The notes beneath the pieces were generated by a model. It saw only the letters and a program-made list of their open reading frames with translations. It was not told the origin of the DNA and searched no databases. This document shows positions 17,818 through 27,384 of a stretch of 51,143 bases of DNA, one piece after another. Position 1 is the first letter of the stretch. Every line of letters starts with the position of its first letter. The stretch spans positions 1 through 51,143 of the forward strand of contig JACQBS010000044.1 of NCBI GenBank assembly GCA_016194325.1, written 5' to 3'. Position numbers and translations under genes: made by a program. Source of the stretch: Nitrospinota bacterium (GTDB taxonomy: Bacteria; Nitrospinota; Nitrospinia; UBA9942).

Positions 17818-18359
17818 TTCTCATCCCTCCTTAAAACCAATCCTATTATCATCAGCCCCATTATACCTGAAATTGCATTTAAAAATACATCACTCAACTC
17901 CCCCACCCTGTTTGGCAGGAGATGCTGAATAAATTCATCTATAAAGGATATAACCAAAATAATAATAAATGCTATTAGATAGCTGTTTTTAAATTTTAAC
18001 AGCCTTGTAATAATATTATTCTTTTCAACTGCATTATGCGAGAAGTAGCTGAATAAGCCATATTCAAAAAAATGAAACTTTTCTGCCGGAAGCTTCTGCC
18101 TGAAAATTAATAAGGCATAAACAAATGATAAGACAAAAAACCAGACATAAACAGAAATTCTGGATTCTTTCCTTATAAATGCCAAATAGCCGATAATCAT
18201 CAGGAATACAATAAATGAAATTATATAACAGACTGAGCTAAGAGGGAAAGATAAATTTTTATAATAAATTTCCAGGAGTAAGGGCATGAGAGGGAGGGTT
18301 ACCAATATGAGAAGAGTATATATTCCCAATGATAACCACACCCTTCCCTTTTTATCCAT
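17814..18359 (-). CDS. VanZ-family membrane protein
   Basis: EKFHFFEYG, DEFIQHLLPNRVG..SDVFLN; multiple TM helices. Confidence 0.85.
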   Translation of the reverse strand: MDKKGRVWLSLGIYTLLILVTLPLMPLLLEIYYKNLSFPLSSVCYIISFIVFLMIIGYLAFIRKESRISVYVWFFVLSFVYALLIFRQKLPAEKFHFFEYGLFSYFSHNAVEKNNIITRLLKFKNSYLIAFIIILVISFIDEFIQHLLPNRVGELSDVFLNAISGIMGLMIIGLVLRRDEK

Positions 18360-18360
18360 G

Positions 18361-18428
18361 TGTCAAAGTGTCAAAGAGTCAAAGTATCAGAGCTAATTTT
18401 AACTTTGACACTCTGATACTCTGATACT
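18361..18428. repeat. Intergenic inverted octamer array (TGTCAAAG/CTCTGATA)
   Basis: tgtcaaag tgtcaaag agtcaaag tatcagag ... ctttgaca ctctgata ctctgata. Confidence 0.9.
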
Positions 18429-21400
18429 ATTTTAGGGGTGGAACATCCCTGACATCTTTTCTACCCCAGTGGACAAGCCAATCAAAGAGGCGGAGGAGTC
18501 TTGAGTTATTCTTCTTCTGGTCAACCCAGTGGCCGCATAATCCAATTGTCCTTGCAATGATGAAGAATCCATTCAATCCCTCAATATCAAATCCTAAGTC
18601 TCTTAAGACTGCCCCCATCATTCCATCAACATTCAGAATCAGATTATCCTTCTTTGCCACTGTTGCCTTTTCTATCTCAAGTGCAAAGTTTAGTATGGGC
18701 GTATTTAACTCATTTTTCCTGATAAACTGGATTGTTGATTGAACCCTTAAATCAGGACTCTTCTTTGAGAACTTCCTGTGCCCTATTCCCGGGACAGGGC
18801 CAACCTCTTTTTTCATATATTCAAGAAATGCAGGAACATCACCTGAATAGTTTTTATAACCATATTCAAAATACCGTGCAGCATCGGTAACTGCACCGCC
18901 AAATCTCGGGCCTATCATTATCAAGCCTGCCGCTACAGATTGTGACAGAGGGATGCCTGCACACGAAGCAATTATTGTTGCCAATGCACCACTGACGCAT
19001 GGACCATTGTCTACAGTCAATATAACCAATCTCTTTATCAGCTGTGCCTCAGCCGGAGAGGGCAGACGGCCTGTTAACTGAAGCCCTATCACATGCTCAA
19101 TCCCATACCCTTTTTCTACAAGGTCAACAGCCCTGTAGCCGTAATAGACCGGCTCATCACCCTTATTAAATGTATTACAGGTAAAGAGTGATGGGATAAC
19201 TACAGATTTTGTCTTTATTAAATCCTCTATTGGTTTCGGCAGTTCGGCATTAGCTGGTTTTGGCTCAACATCCTGAACAATCTTTCCTTCTTTTACAAGC
19301 TTTAAATATACATCCTCAATAATTGGACCAAGGTCGCCAAAGGTAGGAGCCACAATAATACCCGTCTTGTTAAGAAGGTCCATTTTATATCTTGTTGTCC
19401 CTCTTCCACTGGCATCAAGTTTTGCACCTGCATGGCCAAACTTCATCCCCTTCGGCAGTTTTTCCTGACTTATGCCGGCAATTGCTGCTATTACCTTTAT
19501 CCTCCTCTGCTTTGCAGAATACCATTCTGCTACACCTTCCTCTAAATTACCCCCCATCTCTCCGATAATAACAACAGCATGTGTCTGAGGGTCATTTTCA
19601 AAAAATTCCAGATATGTAACATAATCGGAGCCCGGGAATGAATCACCGCCAATACCTATTGCAGTTGTTGTCCCGTCTGCCCATTGTGAGAGCATCCACA
19701 TTATCTCATTGAGCAGTCCACCCGACTTTGTTAACACACCAAAAGAACCCGGACGATGGAGTCGTGATTTAATAAGATTGTCATAGGAACCCCCTGCCAC
19801 TCCCATCCTGCACTCACCGGCAGAGAACATACCAATTGCAGACGGGCCATTAAATATCTTTCCCTTATTTCTTGCAAGGTGAAGGAGTTTCTTTGCATCA
19901 ATCTCAGGGACACCTTCGGTAATCATGGATACAAACCTAATCTGCGGTAAGTTCAATGCCTCTACTGCTGTCCCATATGCCGCCTTTCTGTTTACATATA
20001 TCAATGCCTCATTTATCTCAGGATGCCCGGCAATAGCCTCCTGTGCTGTCTTATATGTCGGCATTAATATGGTCTCGGCACCATAAGGTATTGTCTCATT
20101 CCCGCTGGCGTTTGGGTCTACAAGACAAACAACATTATACGGCAGTCCTGAAAGGTAGCTGAATTCTGCCATCCTCCTCGCAGGATTTAAACCCTGTGCA
20201 CCGTATATCATAATCTTAGAAGTTCTGTTGCAGAATGGCAGTCTCCTCTCCTTCTTAACAGGTGCAGGATAGACAGCCTTCGGTTTCTGAAACTCTGTCT
20301 TCCCTTCCAATGCCATGTTTACAATGGCAGTCAAGGGGGTATTTCTGTCATAAACATAAATATCAAAGCCCTCTTCCCTGAGTGCCCTCATCATGTCAAG
20401 CCCTGCCTTTTCATTAGGACCGCCCCTTCTTACCCATATCTTTACACCATTCAAATGCCCCTGCTCTCTTGCCCAATGAAGCCCCTTAATAATACCCGTA
20501 AAGGTCGCCTTCACATCTGTAAAGTTTGCTATTGCACCTCCAACTATCAAATGCTGAATATTGGGCTGCACTGCAACAATCTTTGTAAGCTCAAAAACCG
20601 CATCTGCCGGAGGGTCACCACTGTATTCTGTATAATTTAATGGGATACCTCCCAACTGGACTACTGCATCAGTATAGAAAACAGATGCACCGCCGCCGGC
20701 AGGAAGTATAGCCACCTTTGGTTTTCCTTCTAAATTTAAAACTGTGAATTTAACTGTCCCCTTGGTTAGATTACTGTTTACTGTCTTTATATGAATCTCT
20801 TCGTCTGTAAGGGGACGGGCAAAGTCAGATAGAAAGTTGAATGTCCAGTCGGAATGCCTGTATTGTGCATCTTCATCTACCATCAGAACTGCATCCATTC
20901 CGACAAAACCATCTTTGGTTATCCCTAACGGATTAATTTCAAGATATGTGGTATCTTCGCCTGTAAATGCCTCGTAAAGTTTCTTTATAAAATCAGATAG
21001 GTTGGATATTTCTTTCTCAGGCACTGATGCCTTCTTTAAAAATTGTTTTAATGCTGAATCATTAACGCCGTCAACAGGAATTGTATATGTATTTACCGAA
21101 TCCCAGTTCTCCTCAATCTCTATCCCGCCCTTTACAGAAAAAAGGACATCGGTTCCCTCCCTGACGGATTGAAGGGCTAAATAATACTCCTTCTGTGTAT
21201 TAACCTTCTCCTCAATAATCACCTCAGAGATAATGACAGGGTGTCCATTTATCTGGACCTGGTGAAAAAGCATCTTCTTTGCCTCTGCAGTTACATCCTT
21301 CGCCGATAGCCCCACCTTAACCAAGCCAAGTTTCCCTCTTCCCTTGAAATTACCATGTGCCTTCACCACATATTCCCTATTGCTGTTCAGTTCTATCTCA

Positions 21401-21498
21401 TCAAGCTGAGCCTTCTCTGTAATCAGCCAGTTTGCAGGCACAGGTATCTGATATTTTTTTAATAATTTTTTACCGAAATATTCGGCAACCTTTGCCAT
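18427..21498 (-). CDS. acl: ATP-citrate lyase, AclB and AclA fused in one polypeptide
   Basis: AclB part: GRGKLGLV, EINPL, AGGGASVFYTD, NYTEYSGDP, GGAIANFT, RRGGPN. AclA part: EGVPE, KSGG, IGIGGD, FGHAGA, GPRFGGAV, PGIGH, LILNVDG. Confidence 0.93.
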   Translation of the reverse strand: MAKVAEYFGKKLLKKYQIPVPANWLITEKAQLDEIELNSNREYVVKAHGNFKGRGKLGLVKVGLSAKDVTAEAKKMLFHQVQINGHPVIISEVIIEEKVNTQKEYYLALQSVREGTDVLFSVKGGIEIEENWDSVNTYTIPVDGVNDSALKQFLKKASVPEKEISNLSDFIKKLYEAFTGEDTTYLEINPLGITKDGFVGMDAVLMVDEDAQYRHSDWTFNFLSDFARPLTDEEIHIKTVNSNLTKGTVKFTVLNLEGKPKVAILPAGGGASVFYTDAVVQLGGIPLNYTEYSGDPPADAVFELTKIVAVQPNIQHLIVGGAIANFTDVKATFTGIIKGLHWAREQGHLNGVKIWVRRGGPNEKAGLDMMRALREEGFDIYVYDRNTPLTAIVNMALEGKTEFQKPKAVYPAPVKKERRLPFCNRTSKIMIYGAQGLNPARRMAEFSYLSGLPYNVVCLVDPNASGNETIPYGAETILMPTYKTAQEAIAGHPEINEALIYVNRKAAYGTAVEALNLPQIRFVSMITEGVPEIDAKKLLHLARNKGKIFNGPSAIGMFSAGECRMGVAGGSYDNLIKSRLHRPGSFGVLTKSGGLLNEIMWMLSQWADGTTTAIGIGGDSFPGSDYVTYLEFFENDPQTHAVVIIGEMGGNLEEGVAEWYSAKQRRIKVIAAIAGISQEKLPKGMKFGHAGAKLDASGRGTTRYKMDLLNKTGIIVAPTFGDLGPIIEDVYLKLVKEGKIVQDVEPKPANAELPKPIEDLIKTKSVVIPSLFTCNTFNKGDEPVYYGYRAVDLVEKGYGIEHVIGLQLTGRLPSPAEAQLIKRLVILTVDNGPCVSGALATIIASCAGIPLSQSVAAGLIMIGPRFGGAVTDAARYFEYGYKNYSGDVPAFLEYMKKEVGPVPGIGHRKFSKKSPDLRVQSTIQFIRKNELNTPILNFALEIEKATVAKKDNLILNVDGMMGAVLRDLGFDIEGLNGFFIIARTIGLCGHWVDQKKNNSRLLRLFDWLVHWGRKDVRDVPPLK

Positions 21499-21610
21499 AT
21501 CTATACACTCCTTTCAAAAAGAAATTTTGATTTTAAACAGATTTAATAAAATACCAAAAATTAAATCCTTTATCAACAATTAAAAACTATCCCAAACAGA
21601 TTCTTTATTA

Positions 21611-21644
21611 TTACAGTGGCAGAAGTAAATTCCTGCCATTGTAA
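21611..21644. terminator. Stem-loop downstream of icd
   Basis: ttacagtggcag / ctgccattgtaa inverted repeat; no clear U-tract. Confidence 0.45.
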
Positions 21645-21668
21645 GCCTCTATAATTTCCTGTAATCTC

Positions 21669-22895
21669 TTATTGTAAATTAGACTCCAATTTCTTTGCAA
21701 CGGCCTTAATGAACTGTTCTGTATCTACATAAGAATTTTCCGGCGGCTTAGGTGTATCATGAATTAACCTTGCAAGGTCGCCGGTAACAGTCCCTGATTC
21801 AATTGTCTTTATATTTGCATCTTCTAAGACATTTGCAAATTTTACCAGATCAGGTGTGTTATCCAGTTCACCCCTTCTCCTCAATGCACCTGACCATGCA
21901 AAGATAGATGCTGTTGGATTGGTTGAGGTCTTTTTACCCTGCTGATGCAAACGGTAATGCCTTGTAACTGTTCCATGTGCTGCCTCTGTCTCCATCTTTC
22001 CATCCGGACTTACCAGAACCGATGTCATTAATCCGAGAGAGCCAAAACCGCTGGCAATCATATCACTCATTACATCTCCGTCACGATTCTTGGTTGCCCA
22101 GAGAACCCCGCCTGGATGTTTTACTATCTGTGCTACTGTATCATCAATAAGTGTATACCAGTATGTGATGCCTGCCTTTTCAAAATCAACTTTTCTTTTA
22201 TTTACCTCTTCCTGAAAGATATTCATAAAAAAAGAATCATACTGTTTTAATATAGTTTGTTTGGCAGAAAACCAGAGGTCAGTCCTTCTCTGTAATGCAT
22301 AGGTGATGCTTGCCTGTGCAAAGGAGCGGACAGATTTCTCTGTATTATGCATACCCATAGTTACCCCCTTACCCTTGAACTCATGAACAGTCAATGCAGT
22401 GGGTTGTGAGCCATCCGCAGGCTTATAAACCAATTCAACTGTCCCCGGTCCCGGCACAGTGAATTCAGTAGCCTTATACTCATCTCCATAGGCATGACGT
22501 CCAATGATTATCGGCTTTTTCCATGAATTTACTGCCGGTTTAATATTCTTGCATATAATAGGCTCTCGGAAAATTGTCCCGTCAAGGTGGGCACGAAGAG
22601 TAGCATTTGGGCTTGGCCATTGCTTGCTGAGCTTATATTCCTCCACCCTTGCCTTGTCGGGTGTAATAGTAGCACACTTTACACCTACGCCATGTTTTGC
22701 TATTGCCCTGGCGGCTTCAAGTGTTATCTGGTCTTTGGTCTCTTCTCTCTTTAGAAGCCCTAAATCATAATACTCCAGATTTACATCAAGATAGGGTGAA
22801 ATCAGATGTTCTTTTATCCATGCCCACATTACGCGCGCCATTTCATCACCGTCAATCTCTACAATAGGATTTTTAACATTAATCTTTTTTGCCAT
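21669..22895 (-). CDS. icd: NADP-dependent isocitrate dehydrogenase (type II)
   Basis: [46 protein letters not shown]. Confidence 0.96.
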   Translation of the reverse strand: MAKKINVKNPIVEIDGDEMARVMWAWIKEHLISPYLDVNLEYYDLGLLKREETKDQITLEAARAIAKHGVGVKCATITPDKARVEEYKLSKQWPSPNATLRAHLDGTIFREPIICKNIKPAVNSWKKPIIIGRHAYGDEYKATEFTVPGPGTVELVYKPADGSQPTALTVHEFKGKGVTMGMHNTEKSVRSFAQASITYALQRRTDLWFSAKQTILKQYDSFFMNIFQEEVNKRKVDFEKAGITYWYTLIDDTVAQIVKHPGGVLWATKNRDGDVMSDMIASGFGSLGLMTSVLVSPDGKMETEAAHGTVTRHYRLHQQGKKTSTNPTASIFAWSGALRRRGELDNTPDLVKFANVLEDANIKTIESGTVTGDLARLIHDTPKPPENSYVDTEQFIKAVAKKLESNLQ

Positions 22896-22917
22896 TTTAT
22901 ACCTCCTCCTTAAAAAA

Positions 22918-23030
22918 GAACAAAAGAAAAAGATTAAGGAGAAATGGGGAAATTAGGGAAAAGGGGGAAATATTTTTAAAATAATTTTTTCTTTCTCCAT
23001 TTCTCCCTGTTTGTTCTCCCTTTCTCCTCA
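22918..23030. repeat. Inverted nonamer array (GGAGAAATG-type), related to 23511-23675 and 25845-26030 but oppositely oriented
   Basis: gaacaaaagaaaaagattaaggaga (22918-22942) is the exact reverse complement of 26006-26030. Confidence 0.8.
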
Positions 23031-23114
23031 ATGGTTTTTATAATTTCTTTAACAGTAAAAAAATCACCTCCCCAACTCAGATTTAATCAAGGCACTCTGA
23101 TAGTATAAAAATTA

Positions 23115-23300
23115 TCACCCTTGCTTCTCTGCATCCGTAAGCACCCCTTTTAGTCGGATAAGTACCATATCATCAATGATATATGTTTTTGTCTCCTTGG
23201 GGCCTCTCCCCATATATTCTATTTCAAATTTTGTCAGGGCATTACTAATCTCAGCCTCTATCTGCCCTTTTGTTTTTATTTTTTGTCCTTTTATCTTCAT
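23115..23300 (-). pseudogene. Truncated DUF2294/MpsC-family gene
   Basis: KTKGQIEAEISNALTKFEIEYMGRGP...YIIDDMVLIRLKGVLTDAEKQ is the N-terminal half of the family; it stops at about 61 aa versus about 120 aa typical. Confidence 0.75.
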
Positions 23301-23350
23301 AAAAAACAAAAGCCAATAGCAACCTAAAGTCTAATGATCACTATTGGCTT
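23301..23350 (-). terminator. Intrinsic terminator in the 5' leader directly before the DUF2294 start
   Basis: AAGCCAATAG-TGATC...GGTTG-CTATTGGCTT followed by TTGTTTTTT and then ATG. Confidence 0.8.
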
Positions 23351-23415
23351 ACCTTACTGCTCAGTCCTGTATTTCAGATCAGGTTCTGCTCAGCCCTGTC
23401 TACCAGCAAGTAGTT
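23301..23415 (-). ncRNA. Candidate cis-regulatory leader RNA (riboswitch/attenuator-like)
   Basis: Relatively GC-rich structured segment between promoter and terminator: CTAC-ttgctg-GTAG, CCTG-N10-CAGG, direct repeat CTGAGCAG x2. Confidence 0.5.
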
Positions 23416-23427
23416 ATTTTTCAATTC

Positions 23428-23456
23428 ATATTATATAAACCTTTTTTTATTGTCAA
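23428..23456 (-). promoter_or_regulatory. Putative sigma70 promoter driving the leader
   Basis: TTGACA-17 nt-TAATAT (TATAAT also present at 15-nt spacing). Confidence 0.65.
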
Positions 23457-23510
23457 GAAAAACCTTCTGCAAAAAACAGCGGAAAAAACTCTTTTGTTTT
23501 TAATGTATAG

Positions 23511-23675
23511 GAAATTATTAAAAACATATAAGGAGAAAGGGGAAAGAAGATGGAGAAATGGAGAGATAAATCAGAGTATCAAAGAGTCAAAGTGTCATAG
23601 TGTCAAAGTTTTTTTACTCTGACACTTTTAATATTTTTCTCCTTTTCTCCCTTTTCTCCATTCTCCTTAATCTTT
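23511..23675. repeat. About 165-bp nested hairpin element, copy 1 (direct repeat of 25845-26019)
   Basis: Outer 9-mer arms (ggagaaa.../...ttctcc) and inner 8-mer arms (gtcaaagt/actctgac); colinear with copy 2. Confidence 0.92.
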
Positions 23676-25830
23676 AAATGGGTTGAGTATCGATTTTGGG
23701 CATTGAGCCGCTTTTTCTATACCTTTTTAATTTCAAGGATATTCCCCTGCCTTCGAAGCTGATCTCAGATACTCCCCTGTCGAATAGTATAGACCTGTAA
23801 GCAATACAATCCTTATTTTTAAGGATTCTGCTCTGAAGGATGAGCTTGCCATTAACTCTTTTAAAACCATGTTCTCCAATTAAATTTTTGTATCCGATAT
23901 AAGGCTGGACAGATTCCATGAGTAGAGATTTAATACCTGAAACCATATCAAAATATGGAATAGTTGTATGCCACATCAGCCGCTCATTTACATAAAACGG
24001 TATCTTTTCAAGTCCTATACTCAGCATATATAACCCGCTTTGTCTGCCCCCTGCATAACCGTAAAACGATACCGAGCGATCACTCCTTGAAAAATAAAGT
24101 CTATCGTTATAAAGACCCGATTCAATGAATAAGATACCCTTTGAATCCATATCATAGCTCCATGTTTCCAGATGTGATTTTCCATTTACTGTCAGTTGAT
24201 AAGCCTGCTTATCTCCAAGCTCAAAACCCACTGTATCCTTTACCGCAGCATCAGACGGTATATTCATAACCGTCTGCCCTTCCTCCGGAATACCAAGAGG
24301 AATATAATATTCACAATTCTCCTGTTTAATCAGAAAGTCAGAGAAACATACAGGTATTGAATGGCTCTCCAATATGCCAAAAGACTGAAACTGTATGTGC
24401 AGATGCGGATAAGGTGCGCAGCCCGAGCTCCCCGCAAAACCTGCAATCTGCCCCTTTTTCACGGCTGTATTGGGTGAAACCTCAATCCCCTGCTGCCTCA
24501 GATGACCGATAACCGAAAAAATGGAGGGGTTATGTTTTATAATGATATGATTTCCCCAACTGAATTCCAGATTTGTCGCGGTTACAGGGTTATCATGAAT
24601 GGAAGACTCCGCAGCAACAACAACCCCATCGCCCACCGATGTTACCGGCATTTTATAGCAGTAATGGTCTTCCAGTTCCTCACCATTGCCTTTATAGATA
24701 CTTCCATTCCTGTCTTTTACTACAAAATCAAGACCCCATTTATATATCCCTTTGTGAGTATGCCTCCCATCTATCCCCTGACTGACAAACCACCAGCCCA
24801 TAAAAGGCAGGATAAAACCATAATCAACCTTTCCGTATCTGTCTTTTTCTCTTAAAAAATGTCCGAAGTTTTTCTCGGGCGAAGAAAATAAGGTAACCCT
24901 GTGCAACCCATTTGCAACAATATTTTGCTGCAGAGAAATGAGCATAAAGAGTGTAACGATATTAAAAGGCGCTGCAAGCACAGGGAGCGAAAGGACATTC
25001 TGAAAAACATTGCCTATTACAACAGAAAATAATGCAGAGATGATAGCGACAGAGAGACTCCACCAATTAGGCACAAAAAAGACTGTACCAAGGGCAAGGG
25101 ATGTCAATATAACATTGAATCCGTTATTTAATATGAATGCTGTATATTGGGGGAAGGTCATGGAAAAGGTAAAACATGATAGAAATGAGATAACTGTAAT
25201 GAATACCATAATCCTTGAGTAGAACAGAAGGGCGATAAGTATCATTAATCCTGCCAATTCATCAGGATTAAAAATTACAAGTCCGATATTTTTCAAAAAT
25301 ATCCTGTGCAAATCCCTGCTAAAAACATGCAGGGACGAGTTTTCAATCTGCAGGCTGTCAACAGGTAAAGTTGCTCCATGAGATGTTCCGTTGCCGCTGA
25401 TTATCAGTAACCATGAAAGCAGAACAAAGGGAATGCTCATCGAGGGGAGTGAATATGCCTTTAAAAATCCCGATATTGCGGCTATAACAAATACGAGGAG
25501 TACCGAAAATAATACAATTAAATAGACCAGATGTATGTCTTTTGAGCCGCTGTAGTAACTTACCGACATTCCAAGGAGAACACCATTAAGACCATACAAA
25601 CCGCTCAGCAGCTCTGCGCGATTATATCCAATATAATAGGCAAAAAGGTTGACGGACAAACACCCTAAAAACCCATTTAAGCCTGCATAGGGATTGATAA
25701 ATGATGATAGAAGAACGATTAGACCAAAGGATCTGCTGTCGGAAAAAAAGATTTGAGAATAACTATGAAGGGCAGCCTCGACGAAAAAGCCTGTCTTTCC
25801 TCTTTTTAAAATATCTTTAATCGCTGCCAT
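23674..25830 (-). CDS. Urea-transporter-family membrane domain fused to an M23 peptidase domain
   Basis: UT-like SQIFF and GLYGLNGVLLG with about 10 TM helices; M23 motifs HTHKG..WGLDF, GNHIII, PHLHIQ; C-terminal extension of unknown type. Confidence 0.85.
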   Translation of the reverse strand: MAAIKDILKRGKTGFFVEAALHSYSQIFFSDSRSFGLIVLLSSFINPYAGLNGFLGCLSVNLFAYYIGYNRAELLSGLYGLNGVLLGMSVSYYSGSKDIHLVYLIVLFSVLLVFVIAAISGFLKAYSLPSMSIPFVLLSWLLIISGNGTSHGATLPVDSLQIENSSLHVFSRDLHRIFLKNIGLVIFNPDELAGLMILIALLFYSRIMVFITVISFLSCFTFSMTFPQYTAFILNNGFNVILTSLALGTVFFVPNWWSLSVAIISALFSVVIGNVFQNVLSLPVLAAPFNIVTLFMLISLQQNIVANGLHRVTLFSSPEKNFGHFLREKDRYGKVDYGFILPFMGWWFVSQGIDGRHTHKGIYKWGLDFVVKDRNGSIYKGNGEELEDHYCYKMPVTSVGDGVVVAAESSIHDNPVTATNLEFSWGNHIIIKHNPSIFSVIGHLRQQGIEVSPNTAVKKGQIAGFAGSSGCAPYPHLHIQFQSFGILESHSIPVCFSDFLIKQENCEYYIPLGIPEEGQTVMNIPSDAAVKDTVGFELGDKQAYQLTVNGKSHLETWSYDMDSKGILFIESGLYNDRLYFSRSDRSVSFYGYAGGRQSGLYMLSIGLEKIPFYVNERLMWHTTIPYFDMVSGIKSLLMESVQPYIGYKNLIGEHGFKRVNGKLILQSRILKNKDCIAYRSILFDRGVSEISFEGRGISLKLKRYRKSGSMPKIDTQPI

Positions 25831-25844
25831 GAAACATTGTAAAA

Positions 25845-26030
25845 GAAATTATAAAAAACATATAAGGAGAAAGGGGGAAGAAGCTGGAGAAATGGAGAGA
25901 TAAATTAGAGTATCAAAGAGTCAAAGTGGCAAAGTTTTTTTTACTATGACACTTTGATACTCTGACACTTTTAATATTTTTCTCCCTTTTCTCCCTTTTC
26001 TCCATTCTCCTTAATCTTTTTCTTTTGTTC
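25845..26030. repeat. Nested hairpin element, copy 2; overlaps the decarboxylase stop codon
   Basis: Same architecture as 23511-23675 with a different distribution of octamer units. Confidence 0.92.
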
Positions 26031-27384
26031 CCTTTCGGGAAAGGGATAATCGTTCAGGGAGTCTCTCTTTTTGCTTTAAATACGATACATCTTCTGGATC
26101 CCGTATTACATCCAATTCTCCATTCTGTCCGATTAGAAGTATCGTCGGTCTCATTCGTATAAACTGTGTCCACTGGGTTAAATTGTATGCGCCAAATGGT
26201 TTTATAACAAGATTATCCCCCCTGTTAAGAATAGGCAGTTTTACCAGATCTCTGATCACATCTATCTGCATGCAGAGAGGACCGTATATTACATGGTCCT
26301 CCATAAAATAACCCCTGTCTTGAACCGGAAGTATCTCAAGGTCATACCAGAAACTCGTAACCATAATATTTACCCCTGCATCGAGAACAAGTGCCCTTAC
26401 ACCTGAGGGCAATCTCTTTGTTGCACCAACCGTAGTTATTAAATATCCTGCCTCATCTACCAATGCCCTGCCTGTTTCAAGAAATAACAGAGGCAGCTTG
26501 TCGTGTGGAAAAGCCCCCAATACTATATTGCAAACGGCTTCTGCATAGGCATCAAAAGTCGGCGCCAGATAACTTGTGGGAAGATATGTTGACTTGAGTC
26601 TGTTCCTCGATGCAAAACCTCCGCCTATATTAAAATACTTAAGGGTTATTCCAAAGTCATCTTTAAGTCGTGATGCGAATGCGCAAAGGCTTATAACCTC
26701 CTGCTGATAGAACTTTGGGTCAAGTATGAATGTTCCGATATGTGAATGTAATCCTGTAAGCTTGAGCTTGGCGCCGGATACAATTCTCTTTGCCACTTCA
26801 TATGCCTGCCCGTTTTCAAGGTTCAAGCCGAATCTGTCCCACGCAGGATACATGCCGGTATCCATGTTTATTCTTATCCCTATTTCCACCTGTCCGCCAA
26901 ATGCAGCGGCTATCTTTTCAAGGGCATAAACCTCGTCAAGACTGTCAATATTTATAACCGCACCATCTCTTACGGCTGTAAGAAGGAAAGTGTCGGGTTT
27001 ATATGGACCATTGACCACTATCCTTTTCCCCTCTATACCTAAGACTTTTGCCATCTCATATTCGTGTTCAGATACCACCTCTGCCCATGAGCCTTCCTGA
27101 TGCATAATGGAGCATATTGCATTCAGATAGTTGGTCTTATACGACCATGCAATCTGAACCTTCGGATATCTGAGGCCGAATGCCCGCTGTAATTCGGCAT
27201 GCCTTTCTCTTATTGTGGATTCAGAAAATACCACAAGGGGAGAACCGTATTCCTTTACAAGTGCCTCTACAGGGACACCATCTATCTCGTAACAGCGGTT
27301 GAGCCCCGACGGCCTTCCGAATTCGTTCATCATCCCCGCCGTATGACGCACTATACTCGGCTTTTCATAACTATCCTTACTCAT
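26011..27384 (-). CDS. Fold-type III PLP decarboxylase (diaminopimelate/ornithine decarboxylase family) with leader-like N-terminal extension
   Basis: WSYKTN (PLP Lys), HSHIG, NIGGGF, ETGRALV, GPLCMQID, GAY; N-terminus MSKDSYEKPSIVRHTAG. Confidence 0.9.
   Translation of the reverse strand: MSKDSYEKPSIVRHTAGMMNEFGRPSGLNRCYEIDGVPVEALVKEYGSPLVVFSESTIRERHAELQRAFGLRYPKVQIAWSYKTNYLNAICSIMHQEGSWAEVVSEHEYEMAKVLGIEGKRIVVNGPYKPDTFLLTAVRDGAVINIDSLDEVYALEKIAAAFGGQVEIGIRINMDTGMYPAWDRFGLNLENGQAYEVAKRIVSGAKLKLTGLHSHIGTFILDPKFYQQEVISLCAFASRLKDDFGITLKYFNIGGGFASRNRLKSTYLPTSYLAPTFDAYAEAVCNIVLGAFPHDKLPLLFLETGRALVDEAGYLITTVGATKRLPSGVRALVLDAGVNIMVTSFWYDLEILPVQDRGYFMEDHVIYGPLCMQIDVIRDLVKLPILNRGDNLVIKPFGAYNLTQWTQFIRMRPTILLIGQNGELDVIRDPEDVSYLKQKERLPERLSLSRKGTKEKD

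Noticed and set aside
23344-23622. 92-aa plus-strand ORF
   Set aside because: It spans the leader, promoter and repeat element with no coding signature.
26011-27384. Gene symbol lysA
   Set aside because: The family is clear, but the context and N-terminal extension argue against assuming DAP specificity.
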